This document shows positions 13,316 through 27,865 of a DNA stretch of 64,000 nucleotides, in pieces. Numbering within the stretch: position 1 is the stretch's first letter; each line of letters starts with the position of its first letter. Both the position numbers and the translations under genes were made by a program. Location: contig NC_068984.1 in NCBI RefSeq assembly GCF_001194135.2, positions 53,361,510-53,425,509 on the forward strand, in the 5' to 3' direction. The notes below the pieces were generated by a model. It saw only the letters and a list, made by a program, of their open reading frames with translations. It made no database searches and was not told the DNA's origin. The stretch comes from Octopus bimaculoides (taxonomy: Eukaryota).

Positions 13316-16300
13316 TATCTTATTAATAACTTTGTTCAAGATAAAATTCACTAAACACATTGAATAATTTGCTCTTCTTCCTACTGAAATGCTAGGAAAG
13401 AAATAATAAATAAATGTTTATAACATGTTGTACAAAAATAACATAGTAGTTAACTGATGAACAAAAACAGCCAAAAAATATTATGGCTCTAAGAGTACAT
13501 GTCTGAGTGCTTGAATGGCACAATAACAAGAGAAATACTAGAAGTTAAAGTTTAGAGATGAATAAATTCCTTTCAAATTCTGGCTGTAAAGAACACAAGT
13601 AATCTGAGAGGCTTTGTGATATTTGATAAACGATATGAAAAGTAGACAAGGGAATGTGTCTTATCTTTCTGAAAAGTCAAGTTAGATTATGTGAAGGTGA
13701 GAGGTGTCAAGTTCAACAATATAATTAACTAATTAATTGTTCTCTTCTAACAAACTTCACACACAATCACAAGTTTCTAAATTAATTTTTAAAGCTAAGC
13801 ACTTTCCAAATTATAAGGTTCTATGAATATCCTGGGTTTCTGTGACATGAAGTAAATAGTATCCCACAACTAGCTTTTCCGGTAAGAGGGGCTGAAATGA
13901 GCACTGACAGCTAACGAAATACTTCTCAGTTTTAAATTATTCTAATCTTAGGGTAAGAATTAAACCACCTAGTTTAATTCCCTGCTACAAGAGAAGCCTC
14001 TATACAGTTGAACAACCACATAGAGACATCAATAGCTAATATTGCTGGTATAATTTAAGTATCATAACTACCAATATAACCTTTCTTTAAGATGTAAGAC
14101 CAAAGCTCCTTCAAATAATGTCCTATATCTTAAAGAAAGTATATATTAGCCACAAATTTGATCATAAGTGTGCTCTGTCAGATCTGAGCCTGAGGCTAAA
14201 TGACACAATAATGTAAACTGTGCAATGTCATTCTCTATGGGTTAGAAATATTATATATCTGGAGCACTAGGTCAGTGGAAAGTAACTAGTGACTACACAC
14301 ATGGTATATTTGATTGATCAGAGCTGGCCAGGTTGGAAGATGACTCTACACAACAAAAAATTGGAGTTCAGCCATGGATGTAATCCAATAATCATGGAAG
14401 GTTATGAACTAATGACCTATGCCTCTTAGCTAGTTGTCTAGTCTATTATCTAATTGATTCAGTTATCCTGATTTCATAACCTAATGTACATGTAATACCA
14501 ATAAGGTAGAATCACTCATCAAAACAGAGCAGAAATATCTCCCACAAATCATCTTAAATAGGGAAAAGACACATTAAGTAATGTAGTCCTTTTTTCTGCA
14601 CTATCAAGATTTAAATTAACCTTAGAGACTTCCTTAACAGGTACTATGTGCTTATGGAATTTTCATGGGAGAATATGAAGGTGATTTTCTGTTGCTTTCT
14701 TTTGGGCAATTTTGTTTGCAAGAAACCATTTTGTTGGTTGGATACAAATTCCCTACTCAGAATATAAAGAGCTGGAACAAATACCACAAAACATTTTGTT
14801 CAGTGCTTTAACAATTTTGCCAGTTTAACACCCTGGACATGCATTTTAGTTTATTGACCTTGGAAGGATGAAAAGCAAAGTCGACCTTGATGTGATTTGA
14901 ACACTGAATATAAAGAACTAAAACAAATACAAGGTAATCTTGTTTGCCACTCAAATGATTCTGTCAATTTGAAGCCTTAATATAATGCCACATCAAGCCG
15001 GTGTGACAGAGTAGGCTCATCAAACTAGTACGATTTTAGGCTCAAATTCACGGCTTCCGCATTGGACCATAGTCGGTGGAGAGAATATGCAGAGGTCCTC
15101 CAATCCAATATAATGTTACACAGTCCTAAAAAGATATGAGAGATGTGGTTGGTGTACCCTTAACCACAAGGTTAGTATGATCAAAACAGACCTGAAGCTG
15201 AACAACAAGTCGGTTGATTTTTCTATATCTGGGACATTTTTACTCTTTTATGCTTTGCTGCCTGGTAAGGGGATTGTGTGGAGTTTCAGTATTGTATGTA
15301 GCATAGTATAGCACCACTTCAAGGATAAGTCTTCATGACATGTCTGCAGTAAGATTAACTTATTCTTTTTGTTTAGTCCAGATCAAATCTCAGTGGGCAG
15401 CTTTTTGTTCAAAAGAGTCCCAGCTGCAATTATCGTTTTTTGAGACAGTGAACTTTATCTAAAACTATATTATCCTAAGTCCTTCTTTTTTTAAAGGCAT
15501 TATGGTGTGATTTGAGAGAGATTTGACTGCTATTTCCAGCACCATACTTCTAAAGATTAAACTCATTCCTCACTACATTCCATAGTAAATTAATTGTCAT
15601 TAATTCAAATACTGAAGTTGTCTTCCCTTGTTCTTTTTTTTTTCAACATAATTAGTAATTTAGAAAACAGTTATTTGCATTAATGAGGGTGTAATTTTAG
15701 TTAATTAAAATTGCTAGGTTTATTACATTAGGTATGCTAGCATCCATTTTACAATTTTGTTATTTCTTAACAGGCTGAGCAAATTCATGGAGGTATCCTT
15801 GTTGGCTTATGACTCTTGCTAGCTCTGTTATCTATTCAGCTGTAGCAAATCTATGGTAGTTGATAGAATGATTGATTTAAGAAAATGAAGAAAATGATCA
15901 CATCACTATGAAATCAATATGGTTGTTTGAAAACTACCATTTTTCAAATATTGTTGTTTATTTTTAATGGATAAAGAACTTTATAGTTATAGAGGAGACG
16001 AAATGGGATCATGTAGTTTTGTTTCCTCAAAGGCTATTGACAACTACAAGTGATGTTTAACACTTTGCCTACCATGGGAGTCACTTGTAACTTGCTATGC
16101 TAAATTGTTAATATACCATGGGAATCACAGGTTAAAAAATTGAAAAATGCATAATTTGTAACAATATTAGACTGCTGGCACAAAAAAAGAAAAAAAAAAA
16201 AAATATGAGCTTGGTAGTCAAAGTGTTAAAAGCCTTAATCTTTAAAGTAAAATTATGTCCTTGTTGTTGTAGATCAACTCACATCAAATAGAGACTTACA

Positions 16301-16863
16301 ATAAAAGGCATTCTAGCCTAACCATCCATCTTTTATTCTATTCAGTGTGTCTAGGATCACATTAGCCAATATATCTTGCTTTTCTTTAACGTTATATGAT
16401 GCAATTTGAGAGATTTAGCTACCTATTTCTAGCAGACCAAGCAACTACATAGAGGTTATCTCATTAGCACAAGCGCAATTAGTTTATAAATCTTAGATTA
16501 CCCAAAGCTCATGACTATTCCTTTTTGTTTTTAGAGCATTACATTACTAGGATTCAGGTTTTACAAATTAGATATACAATCAGTGACCTCTAAGTTTTTG
16601 TAAGTTATGGGTACTTTTGAAAACGTATGTTAGAGTTATCTCATTATCAGTATGGTCAGTAGAACAAAGCACATACACACACGTGTACATATACACACAT
16701 GAATACATACACCTACACATGTGCATGAATAAAAGCAAAAACAAAAAAACCCAAAAAACAGCAACATACAAACTAGGTATAAGTACTTTAAGTTTTCCAC
16801 ACTTTTAACCACTAACCTCATCTTTTTCTACACTATATTTGGATTATGATATTTTCACATAAC

Positions 16864-17000
16864 CCTCTATACATACCTTTTCTCTCTCTCTGTCTCCCCT
16901 CCTCTATACATAGCTTTTCTCTCTCTGTCTCCCCTCCTCTATACATACCTTTTCTTTTTCTCTCTCCTCCCCTCCTCTATAATACCTTTTCTCTCTCTCT
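16864..17000. repeat. Pyrimidine-rich minisatellite, about 4 units of ~36-40 bp
   Basis: Recurring cctctatacataccttttctctctct...tcccct unit. Confidence 0.85.
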
Positions 17001-18431
17001 CCTTATTCTTCTATCTGTCTGCTTGTATATATCTTATATCTTTCACTTGTTTCAGTCACTGGACTGTGGCCATGCTGGAGCACTGTCTTGAAGGGTTTTA
17101 ATCAAATGATTTGACTCCCTAGTACTTATTCCTGAATGCAAGCAAACCAACACAAGTTGTCAAGTGGTGATCACACACATACACTTTATACTTGGGGATG
17201 GTCATATTTTGCCAGTTAAACACACACTATGTATTTGGTCTTTACTTCAGCTTTATCATTATTATTATTTTAATTTCTCTGTTAAAGCTCTTAAATTACA
17301 CGTCCTGTGACCTCATCAGCAACTCTCTATCCCATGTGTCTCCTCTTGTTCTTTTTATTCCATTATATATATATATATATATACACAAACACACAATGGG
17401 CTTCTTTCAGTTTCCATCTACCAAATCCACTCAATTGGTAGGTCCAGGGCTATGGTAGAAGACATTTGACTAACATGGGACTGAACTCAGAATGTAAAGG
17501 GAAGTAATCAAATTTTGTCAAGTGCATTTTTACTGACACTGAACTGATTCTATCCGTCGTCTGCTCTTATGCCTATAAAATAATTAAAAGTAAAATTAGC
17601 CTCATCAAATAGGAAATCTTAAAATACTATCCCAACGACATTATCTTTAATCATTTATGAAGCAATCTTGCAAAGAATGGAGAAAGCTAATTGTAATCAG
17701 TTACTTATGGAAGTTGTTGAGTCAAATACAACCAATCAATTAAGAAATAAAATTGATAAATTACTGGGGAATGTGATACTTTCTGAAGGTGTTCATTATG
17801 AATGACTAGGCATTTACAAGATTTGCTCTTCTAGTCATGAAAATCTATAGAGTTGCTGTTTAACCTCAAGTCAGGTCTGATTGAATAAACTTATGATCAA
17901 AGTTGTTCTAGTTACAACTGGTCAGTCAAATATCTCTTCCTTCTTTTTAAAGACATTATGGGAGATTTGGCTGTTGTTTCTAGACTGCCAAACAAATGCA
18001 TAGAGTAGCAGTTCTCTCTCTATGACTTAGGATCTCCTTTTATTTACATGGATTTTCCCAATGGATCCCAAGCTTTTCAAAGGTCTGTCTACTTAGCTCA
18101 TGGATTTCCAGTAATCTCTTTGTGGAGCCCTGGGTTTCCCACTTCCATCTACACTTTATACAGCTGTCCTCATCCATATGCATTACATGACTAAACCATC
18201 ACAGCTATACCTGACTCCTTGTATACCTAATTTTTCTCTCAACATATCTGCACTTTGTTGTACATGCACACATGCACACTAATGTTGCATATCCAGTGGA
18301 GCATACTAGCTCTTTTGTCTTCATATATCCTATACATGTAGGGCCTACATCTCAACATCCTAGGTTGAGAACTATTGGCATAGGTTCCTTGGTTCAAATC
18401 TATAAAGTTGGATATGTAAAACAATTCTTAC

Positions 18432-18547
18432 CGGACATCTCTTTCACTAGTGTCTGCCTCTATGATAGCTTCTTTTAGATAACCTTCCATTTCAGCACTG
18501 CTGGTTTTGAAGTATTCATTTTGTTTTATCCATTTATGTAATTCCAT
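18432..18547 (-). CDS. C6orf118: C6orf118-like coding exon 6 (MELHKWIKQNEYFKTSSAEMEGYLKEAIIEADTSERDV)
   Basis: ttttttttaatatatatatatag| acceptor and CG|gtaaga donor; 116 nt, phase 0-2. It bridges exons 5 and 7 exactly. Confidence 0.85.
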
Positions 18548-18857
18548 CTATATATATATATTAAAAAAAAACAGATTATAATTATTTCATATATTGTAAT
18601 GGTGAACATTTAAGTGAAAAATTTCCTACATAAAGCTTGTATCAGACTTTGAAGTTTCGTCCAGCTACACCATTGTCAGATTGCAATGCATTAGAGTTAG
18701 TTTTTACCTTTAAATAGTCTCTGTTACTCAACATATATATACATTTGTTTAAATATATGAGCAAATGTATATATAGATGTAGGTGTGGCTGTGGTAAGAA
18801 ATTTCTCAACCACACATGGTTCCAGGTTAATTCCACTGCATGATAACTTATATGCAT

Positions 18858-18899
<42 letters not shown>

Positions 18900-21800
18900 A
18901 CACTCGTACAAGTGTTTGTGTGTGTTTGTCTTGACATTGCATGATAGTTGTAAATGAGTTTCACTGCCATACAAACAGTAGCATTCATTTCCAATATTCT
19001 GTGAGAACATGTCTGGCCATGAAGAAATATTAACCTTACTTGGAAATGAGTGAAGGTTGGAGATAGGAAGGGCATCCAGCCATAGAAAATGTGCTTCAAA
19101 AATAATCTCTCTAACCCATGAAAGCATAGAAAAGTGGGTATTAAATGATGATAATACTCATCATCATCATTTAATGTCCGCTTTCCATGCTAGCATGGGT
19201 TGGACGATTTGACTGAGGACTGGGCTACACCAGGCTCCAATCTGATTTGGCAGAGTTTCTGCAGCTGGATGCCCTTCCTAACGCCAACCACTCCGAGAGT
19301 GTAGTGGGTGCTTTTACGTGTCACCGGCACTATTAAGAAATAAATTTTTAAAATGTTTTTTGTGTTTTTAAATAACTCTCTACTATGGTATTTCGGAACA
19401 GTCTCAGATGAAGTCACTTGTCAAACAAGTAAACTTCTAAAATATGAATATATATATATAATTATAGAATAAAGTTTTCACACTCAGTTTCATATGATTT
19501 AATTTCCAAAAATTATATTTTGTTATAATAAATACTATTAGTCAAAATTAGTAACAAAGAAGGTCATGCTGAACTCTGTTCTTTTAAAGCTGAGATTGAA
19601 TTCTTTTACTTTTACTTGTTTCAGTCATTTGACTGTGGCCATGCTGGAGCACCGCCTTTAGTCGAGCAAATCGAATTGTTGATTTTATAAAAATATTTTA
19701 AGAAGATCATAGATTACATTTTTTTCTTTCATACTTCTTATGCAAGCAGTTTGGTTAAATAAAAGAAACAAAAACAAGATACTGTTTCAACTTATATTTC
19801 GAGTATATTTACAATATCTTTTGTATCTATGAAGTACAATTTATGGACCACCATGTTGCATGTAATATGCACCAAAGCTCTGCCTGTCATGGAGTTTTAA
19901 AATTTGTTTTCTGAATTTTTGTAGCAAATTATCATCACCATTGACATTTAATGTCAATGTTGAAATGTTCCATGCTGAAATGGGCTAGATGGTTTGACAA
20001 TATCTCATGACCCAAGAACTGCATCATGTTCCAGTGTCTGCTTTGGCATGGTTTCAACAGTTGAATGCTTTTCCTAATGCTAACCAGTTTTACTGTATGT
20101 ACTGGGTGCTGTTTCTTGTGCTACCAGCACCAGTGAGACCACCATGCAGCTGACATACCTGCACAGAACCAAGTTTAACGACCATAAGCCCTCCTTTGAT
20201 ATCCAGAGAGATTTAAAGTCATAGCCTTGGTTAAGCATATATGGTAATTGAAAGAAAGCACTACAGATCTGAAGTACTATGAATTGCAATATCGAGTGGA
20301 AAATTCTGGAGAAATATAAGCTTTATCTTAACAGTAGCAGAAAGTGCAGACTTTACTTAGTGGAGAAAAAGTTATATTTAAAAAACTCACTTCACCCAGA
20401 CACCCAGCTGTATAAAGAAGTGTCAATTGTTAAATGTTGGAAGTGCATGTGGAAAAGGTAAACCTAGGAAGATGTGAGGTCAAGTGGTGAAAACTGACCT
20501 CAATATGTTGAGCCTCTCAGAGGAGACAACAGGCAACCAAGATGAATGGCATTATGCCATGCTTGTGGAGACCTGTCCATATCAATAAAATTGAGGCTAT
20601 GTCAGGCCTTCCCTCATGACTCATCTATTTTCTTCACTTCCCACTACACTGAATAGATATCCTCTGTGTCCAACTAATTCCCTATCTCTAATAATTTGTC
20701 AGTCAGTGCACTTCCTATTCTGTCTTATTCATGTTGTACCTAGATTTCATATCTTTTTTGTTCTCTCTCTCACTTTCCAAGTGGGAAAACCATGTATTCA
20801 CCTTTTCAGCAAGATACCTGCTCCTCTCCCTCAATCATAGTTTCTTATTTCTCCAGTCTATACTCTACTCAGTCAAGAGGTCTTATGTTGTAGGTACTTG
20901 GCATATTCACCAACGTTGATGCCATGTAAAAAGCATCCAATACACTCTGTTAAATGTTTGACATTAGGTAGGGTACCCAGCTGTAGAAACTATACCAAAG
21001 CAGACACAGAACCTGGAAGAGCCCTTTGGCTTGTCTGATCTTGTCAAACTGCCCAACCCATGGAAAAAAGGGACATTAAGGATGATATATTTATGATGGG
21101 TTTCTTTCAGTTTCCATCCACCAAATCCACTCAAGGTTTTAGTTGGCCCAGGGCTATAGTAGATGACACTTGCCCAAGGTGCCACACAATGGGGCTGAAT
21201 CTGGAAGCACGTTGCTGAGAAGCAAACTTCTTACCACACAGCCATCAATTTTTATACATACATTTTTCATTGGTGATAAAATGCAACACAAGACATTTAA
21301 AGCCTGGTTTTAATTGGTAATCAAACATAATATACTACACTTGGAATATATAAAAAAAACACATCCAGTAATTGCAACTGATAATGCTCAACTGTGATAA
21401 AAAATGGCAAAAACTACCACAGTGAAACTAATATTACTTGGAAATAAGCTGTGAAGCTACTAAGAAATAAAGTTATTTATATAAACAAGAAATTTGGAAA
21501 CATTCCCATCTATATATTGTATCTTTTATCTTCTTTTATCTTTTACTTGTTTCAGACATTGGACTGTGGCCATGCTGGAGCATCACTTTGAAGGGTTTAG
21601 TCAAATAAATCAACTCCAGTACATATTTTTAAAGTCTGGTATTTGTTCTGTAAGTATCTTTTGCTAAACTGCTAAGTTACAAGGCTGTAAACAAACTAAC
21701 ACCAATTGTCAAGCAGTGGGTTAGGGGTAAATACAAAAACACACACATACATATATATACATATACATATGGTAGGCTGTCATACAGTTTCTATCTACCA

Positions 21801-21950
21801 TATTCACTCAGGGAGCATTGATCAGCCCAAAACTGTATTAAAAGACATTTGCCCAAGGTGCCATAAAGTGGGACTGAACTTGAAACCACATAGTGTCAAA
21901 ATGAGCTTCTTAACAACACAGCCATGACTTATTAAATTTTAACTTTTGTA

Positions 21951-23191
21951 TCAGGTCATTAAGAATGAAATGTTCGATTTTCTTATGCACCAAGTTTGGC
22001 AGTCATTAACTCTAATGTTTTATCCTGACAATTCTTTGTTTTACAACATTGAAGAGTTACATCATCACTTTTTGAAATGCAATTCATGATGTGTGATTAT
22101 ATTGTGAGTTTTTCTTGTAAATCAATTTTTGTGGACCCATGGATAGATAAAAAATCCGTGTTGCTTATGAATAGAGTTCTGTCGGGGAACCAATGCATCT
22201 CAGACAGCTCGAAACATCAATGAGGTGTTTGGTGAAGATGTGGCAAATAAGTGCACTGTATGCTGATGATTTGAGAAGTTTCAGTCTGGTAACTTTACTC
22301 CTGAGACCAAGGTGGATAATAATGAGCTGGAAACTATAGTGGAAGTGAATACATCTCAAACTATGCATGAGTTAACAGCAAGGTTTGATGTTTCAATTCC
22401 AACTGTATTGGACCATCTGAAACAAATCGGCAAAGTAAAGAAGCTGGACAAGTGGGTACCACATGAACTGAACAAGCATCAAATGACATGTCATCTTGAA
22501 ACTTGCTATTCTTTACTGTCATAGCACAAAAGCAAACTATTTTTGCATCATATTGTTACGTGTGATGAAAAATGGATTCTTTTCAACAATAGCAAGCATT
22601 CTGCACAGTGGTTGGGTAGAGACAAAGTGCCAAAACACAATCCAAAAAGAATATTCACCAAAAAAGCTAATGGTGTTTGTTTGGTGGTCCAGCACTGGTG
22701 TCATCCACTACAACTTCATGAGACCTGAAAAGTCAATTACAGCAGATGTATACATCAACCAATTGGATGAAACTATAAGTGAACTTGCAATTAAACAACC
22801 GAGATTGGTCAATAGAGACAGGCCAATTCTCTTGCAAGACAATGCTTGACCACATGTTGCACAAAGAACACTATTCAAGTTACAGGAACTGAACTTGGAA
22901 GTAGTTTGTCATCCACCATATTCACCAAACTTTGCACCAACTGACTATCGTGTTTTCCAAGCATTAGACAACTTTTTGCAAGGGAAAAACTTCAAATCTG
23001 AAGAAGATGCAAAAAACAGCCTTTTGTGATTTCATCACCTCTTGCTCTCCAGAATTCTTCGCTGCCAGCATAAGCTTTCGATAAAATAGCGAAATTGTGT
23101 GGATACTTTCATTAACTACATTGCTTTTTGCTGAGATATAGTAAAATAAACTTTCAGTTCAAAATCGGACATTTCATTCTTAATGACCTGA
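21951..23191 (+). mobile_element. Full-length decayed mariner (DD34D) DNA transposon, 1241 bp
   Basis: 31-bp TIRs with 1 mismatch (tcaggtcattaagaatgaaatgttcgatttt) and TA on both sides. Motifs WVPHEL, VTCDEKW, LQDNA*PH and HPPYSPNFAPTDY are present, with exactly 34 residues between the 2nd and 3rd Asp. The ORF is broken by stops and frameshifts. Confidence 0.96.
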
Positions 23192-24133
23192 TATTTTTCA
23201 AAATGATAGTAATCATATTGGTTTCAGAGTTTGGCCAGGGCCAGAAGTTCAGTGGGGTGGGTAAGTCAATTAAATTGACCCTGAAAGAATGAAAGGCAAA
23301 GTTGTCTTCAAAAAATCTGAACTCAGAATGTAAAGCTAGAAGAAATACTGCTAAGCATTTTGTCTGGTATGCTAACGATTGGAGCTGGTGCTTGAGAAGA
23401 CATGTCAAGTGAAGTGAAATTATAGCCATAGTCAGTTCTGGTGACATATGAAAGGCACCTGTGCCGGTGACACATAAAAGGAACCCATGGTGGTGACATA
23501 AAAGGTACCCAGTACTGTCTGTGGAGGAGTGGTTGGTATTAGGATGGGCATCCAGCTGTAGAAACCAAGCTAAAACAGACTGGAGGCTGGTGCAGCTCTC
23601 CAGTTTACCAACTCCAATCAAATCGTCTTACTCTTGCTAGCATGGAAAACGGATGCTAAATGATGATGATGATGTCAAAGAAAGTAACAGGAATAGTAGA
23701 GTACTGAGCTTGTAATATTTAAATTCTGATTTCAAATCCAACTAGGGATGAGGTTGCATTTTAAAGATCCAGAAGCAATAATTACAACTGAGGTAATACT
23801 ATACATATTGGAGTTAATTCCAAGCCCATTCCTCACAAATTTTTGTGTCTCATTGTCAAAATTACAAATTATCTCTTGTGAGTGAAAGGCAATTCTATCT
23901 TGAATGCAAATTTTGTGTAAATTTTGTACCTGCTTGGAACTTACCTTTAAATTTTATTTTTGTTACCCAAGGCACAGGAGTGGCTGTGTGGTAAGTAGCT
24001 TGCTTACCAACCACATGGTTCCAGGTTCATTCCCACTGCATGGCACCTTAGGCAAGTGTCTTCTACTATAGCCTCGGGCTGACCAAAGCCTTGTGAGTGG
24101 ATTTGGTAGACGGAAACTGAAAGAAGCCTGCCG

Positions 24134-24166
<33 letters not shown>

Positions 24167-24311
24167 ACATATAGCATATTGACAGACTGGTTACTGGTCA
24201 ATCTTATACACACAAGTACTATAATCCTTTTAGGATCTCGAAAAATCTTTTTTCTTGAACCTTCTGATTCTTTTAATGTGCTAGTTTCCTGGTATTAAAT
24301 TGATATTAATT

Positions 24312-24896
24312 NNNNNNNNNNNNNNNNNNNNNNNNNNNNNNNNNNNNNNNNNNNNNNNNNNNNNNNNNNNNNNNNNNNNNNNNNNNNNNNNNNNNNNNNN
24401 NNNNNNNNNNNNNNNNNNNNNNNNNNNNNNNNNNNNNNNNNNNNNNNNNNNNNNNNNNNNNNNNNNNNNNNNNNNNNNNNNNNNNNNNNNNNNNNNNNNN
24501 NNNNNNNNNNNNNNNNNNNNNNNNNNNNNNNNNNNNNNNNNNNNNNNNNNNNNNNNNNNNNNNNNNNNNNNNNNNNNNNNNNNNNNNNNNNNNNNNNNNN
24601 NNNNNNNNNNNNNNNNNNNNNNNNNNNNNNNNNNNNNNNNNNNNNNNNNNNNNNNNNNNNNNNNNNNNNNNNNNNNNNNNNNNNNNNNNNNNNNNNNNNN
24701 NNNNNNNNNNNNNNNNNNNNNNNNNNNNNNNNNNNNNNNNNNNNNNNNNNNNNNNNNNNNNNNNNNNNNNNNNNNNNNNNNNNNNNNNNNNNNNNNNNNN
24801 NNNNNNNNNNNNNNNNNNNNNNNNNNNNNNNNNNNNNNNNNNNNNNNNNNNNNNNNNNNNNNNNNNNNNNNNNNNNNNNNNNNNNNNNNNNNNNNN
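24312..24896. other. Assembly gap (585 N); other gaps at 27581-27706, 32902-33051, 54013-54022 and 61983-61992
   Basis: Runs of N. Confidence 1.
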
Positions 24897-24935
<39 letters not shown>

Positions 24936-25202
24936 TTGTGTCTGTGTTTGTCCCCCCAACATCGCTTGACAACCGATGCTGGTGTGTTTACGTCCCCGTA
25001 ACTTAGTGGTTTGGCAAAAGAGATTGATAGAATAAGTACTAGGCTTCCAAAAAATAAGTCCTGGGGTTGATTTGCTCGACTAAAAGGCGGTGCTCCAGCA
25101 TGGCCGCAGTCAAATGACTGAAACAAGTAAAAGAGTAAAGAGAAAAGATACAAAGTAGGGAAAATAAACATTTAAGGGAATAAAAACAGAGATAGAGCTT
25201 AC

Positions 25203-25399
25203 GTCTGTGTCTTTTATACATTGTTCCAGCTGTAAACAGACTGAAATAGGAATATAGTTATTACGCATGTCAGTTTTCTTGGTCTGTAGCTCATCCAATT
25301 TCTCAAGAATAGCAATTCTTAGTGTTTCCACATCATCATAAAGTTCTAATTTTGGTTTCATTTCTGACACATCTTCAACACTCTCATCATAAAGGCTGA
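25203..25399 (-). CDS. C6orf118: C6orf118-like coding exon 5 (SLYDESVEDV...LRIAILEKLDELQ...YIPISVCLQLEQCIKDTD)
   Basis: tttatttttccag| acceptor and GAC|gtaagc donor; 197 nt, phase 1-0, open, with a heptad-like pattern. Confidence 0.87.
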
Positions 25400-27130
25400 C
25401 TGGAAAAATAAATAAATAAAATTCCTCAAGAAAATAATTTACCTGTTGAAATGTTAAAAATTTTTCTCAGAGAAACTAACAGCATAAAATAAGAGTACTA
25501 CACACTAATGAGAGGAGCCTGTCAGTTATTTCTCAATCTCTAGAAATAACAGTCAAACTCCTCTCAAGTCACACTTTAATGTCTTAAAATGAAATGACAT
25601 ATATTGGATAATGTATTCCTGGATATATGTCTGGGAATATGATTAGAAAGTCATGGTTGAAATGCTTTGATCAAAGGTCTGTTTCATGAGAGCTCACCTG
25701 GGACTAAACAATAACAAAGTGTCAAATTTTTTCTGAACACCCTGTATAACTCCAGGCTAACCAAAACCTTGTGAGTGGATTTGGTAGACAGAAATTGAAA
25801 CAAATCCATTGTATTTACATGTGTGTATGTTTGTGTCTCCTTATAGCGACATCATGTAATGTTGTAAATGAGTGTCACTTACAAACAGGGAGTACCATTC
25901 ATTTCCAGTCTTCCATGAAAATATGTCTGGCCACAGGCAAATATTAATTTACTTGGAAACAGGTAAGGGTTACTAAGTGGAAGAGCATTTAACTGTGGAA
26001 AAATCTGCTTCAATAAACTCCATCTGACTCATGCAAACAAGGAAAATCATCACCATCACCATCACCATCATTTAATGTTTGTTTTTCATGCTGGCATGGA
26101 TTGGGTGGTTTGACCAGAGTTAGTAAAGCTAGGGGCTGCACCAGGCTCTGTTGCCTGATATGGCATGGTTTCTATGGCTGGATGCTCTTCTTAATACCAA
26201 CCACTCACTCTACAGTGTACTGGGTGCTTTGTCTGTGGTACTAGCACCAGTGCTTTTAACGTGGCACCAGTAAGAGTGCTTTTTATGTGGCACCAGCATC
26301 AGAAGTTGTAAAAGGATTGTAATGATGATGATGTTTCATTAAATAACTGAAACAGGTTTCGTATGTTGATAGTCAAAAAAGAATATTATAACCACAGTAA
26401 CATTGATATTTTGAAGATTATCAGGAAATGAAACTCAACTTTTAAAATACAAATCTAGGTGTCATTTCTATGTTTGCTTAATTAAGAGACAGTTTTGCCC
26501 TCAATATAGTGTTATGTGTTAGATTTTAGCTATAGCTGGAATTTTTAAACAATTCATTGCTTCATGTAACAATAAATGCCCTACTAACCTATGTAAAAAT
26601 CATTCTTCTCATGAGAAAAGATCAAAAAAGTTTCACAAATTGGAAATCAATACACAATTATCATAAAACAAAATAAAAGCATAATAAAAAAAAAGCTTTA
26701 AAATTACAAATTATCATGGGATAAGGGTTGGTGAAAAAGCTATATATTTCATGTATTTATCTATTTCCATTTTAAATCAAATGTGAGGTAATGAAGTCGA
26801 CTGTGAGGAATAATGATAAATTATATAGGATCAGTTACTTTGTGGATTTTTATATTCATAGTTGTTTCCTAGGTTAATCTTTCTAATTTTGGCACAAAGC
26901 CAGAAGTTTTGAAGGGAGGGGGCAAATTGATTACATTGGCCCAAGTACCTGGCTTGTACTTTATTTTATCAACCTCAATAGGATTTGAACTCAGGACATA
27001 AAGCTGGAAGGAATGCCACTAAACGCTTTGTCCAGAGTGCTAATGATTCTGCCAGCTCACTGTCTTATATTTCCTAGATTAATGTCAGTTATAAATTATT
27101 AACATTAACTATATATATTAACATAAACTA

Positions 27131-27826
27131 TATGTGGTCTGATCAATAAGTATCTGAACTGTTGCCCTTGTAACAAAGCTAAAGCATGCAGAGTGAAGCT
27201 GCTTGGCACAGACTGACCTTGAACTTTGCAATGCATGCACACCAAGTTTTAATGTTCTAGCTCACTTCCACTGTTTACAGCAGTGCTTGGAAGGAACGTG
27301 TGTAGCATGTGATTGTCGCATTGATCATGAATCTGCATCAAATTTTGCCAAAACCTTAGCGATACCTGCTCAGAGGCTAACACAAAGTTACAGAAAGCAT
27401 ATGGCGAGGAGTGGATGAGCCAAAAAAATGTCTGCAACCAACAGAACTGAGAAAAACATCATAGATATTTGTGTAGCTGTAAGGGAAAATCATCAAATCA
27501 CCATCCACGAGTCATCAGAGGATGTGCAAATTAGTTATGGTTCAGTCCCTTATCACTGAAGATTTGGGTATGAGACACATNNNNNNNNNNNNNNNNNNNN
27601 NNNNNNNNNNNNNNNNNNNNNNNNNNNNNNNNNNNNNNNNNNNNNNNNNNNNNNNNNNNNNNNNNNNNNNNNNNNNNNNNNNNNNNNNNNNNNNNNNNNN
27701 NNNNNNCTGTATTCCCCAGATTTCACCCCTTGCGACTTTTTCCTCCTTCCAAAAATCAAATCCTGCTTGAAAGGAAGATTTCAGGATGTTGAAGAAATCA
27801 AAGTGAATTTGATGAGGCAGCTTTGT
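27131..27826 (+). mobile_element. Partial mariner-like element spanning an N gap
   Basis: Left TIR-like tatgtggtctgatcaataagtatctgaactg; after the gap it reads YSPDFTPCDFFLLPKIKSCLKGRFQDVEEIK (YSPDLAPCDF-type motif). No right TIR seen. Confidence 0.85.
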
Positions 27827-27865
27827 TAAATTTCAATCAAGAATAATAATTCACTTGTTTTTTTT

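Noticed and set aside
15774-15858. Plus-strand exon-like segment with an in-frame TGA (G-U-ANSWRYPCWL...) suggesting a selenoprotein
   Set aside because: It matches no selenoprotein motif I know and I saw no SECIS-like stem downstream. The 3228 exon has a simpler partner at 5927.
16864-17000. Regularly spaced repeats that could mimic a CRISPR array
   Set aside because: The units are contiguous low-complexity tandem repeats without unique spacers, there are no cas genes, and the context is eukaryotic.
20159-20305. Minus-strand open segment with good splice signals (IFHSILQFIVLQICSAFF...NLVLCR), partly phase-compatible with C6orf118-like exon 6
   Set aside because: 18432-18547 fits the coiled-coil context far better. 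This segment is sandwiched between SINE and RTE remnants and is probably a pseudo-exon.
24281-25171. Long ORFs of 218-296 aa in the ORF track (also at 32716-33198 and 27522-27770)
   Set aside because: Composed of N-gap X residues, microsatellite and SINE sequence.
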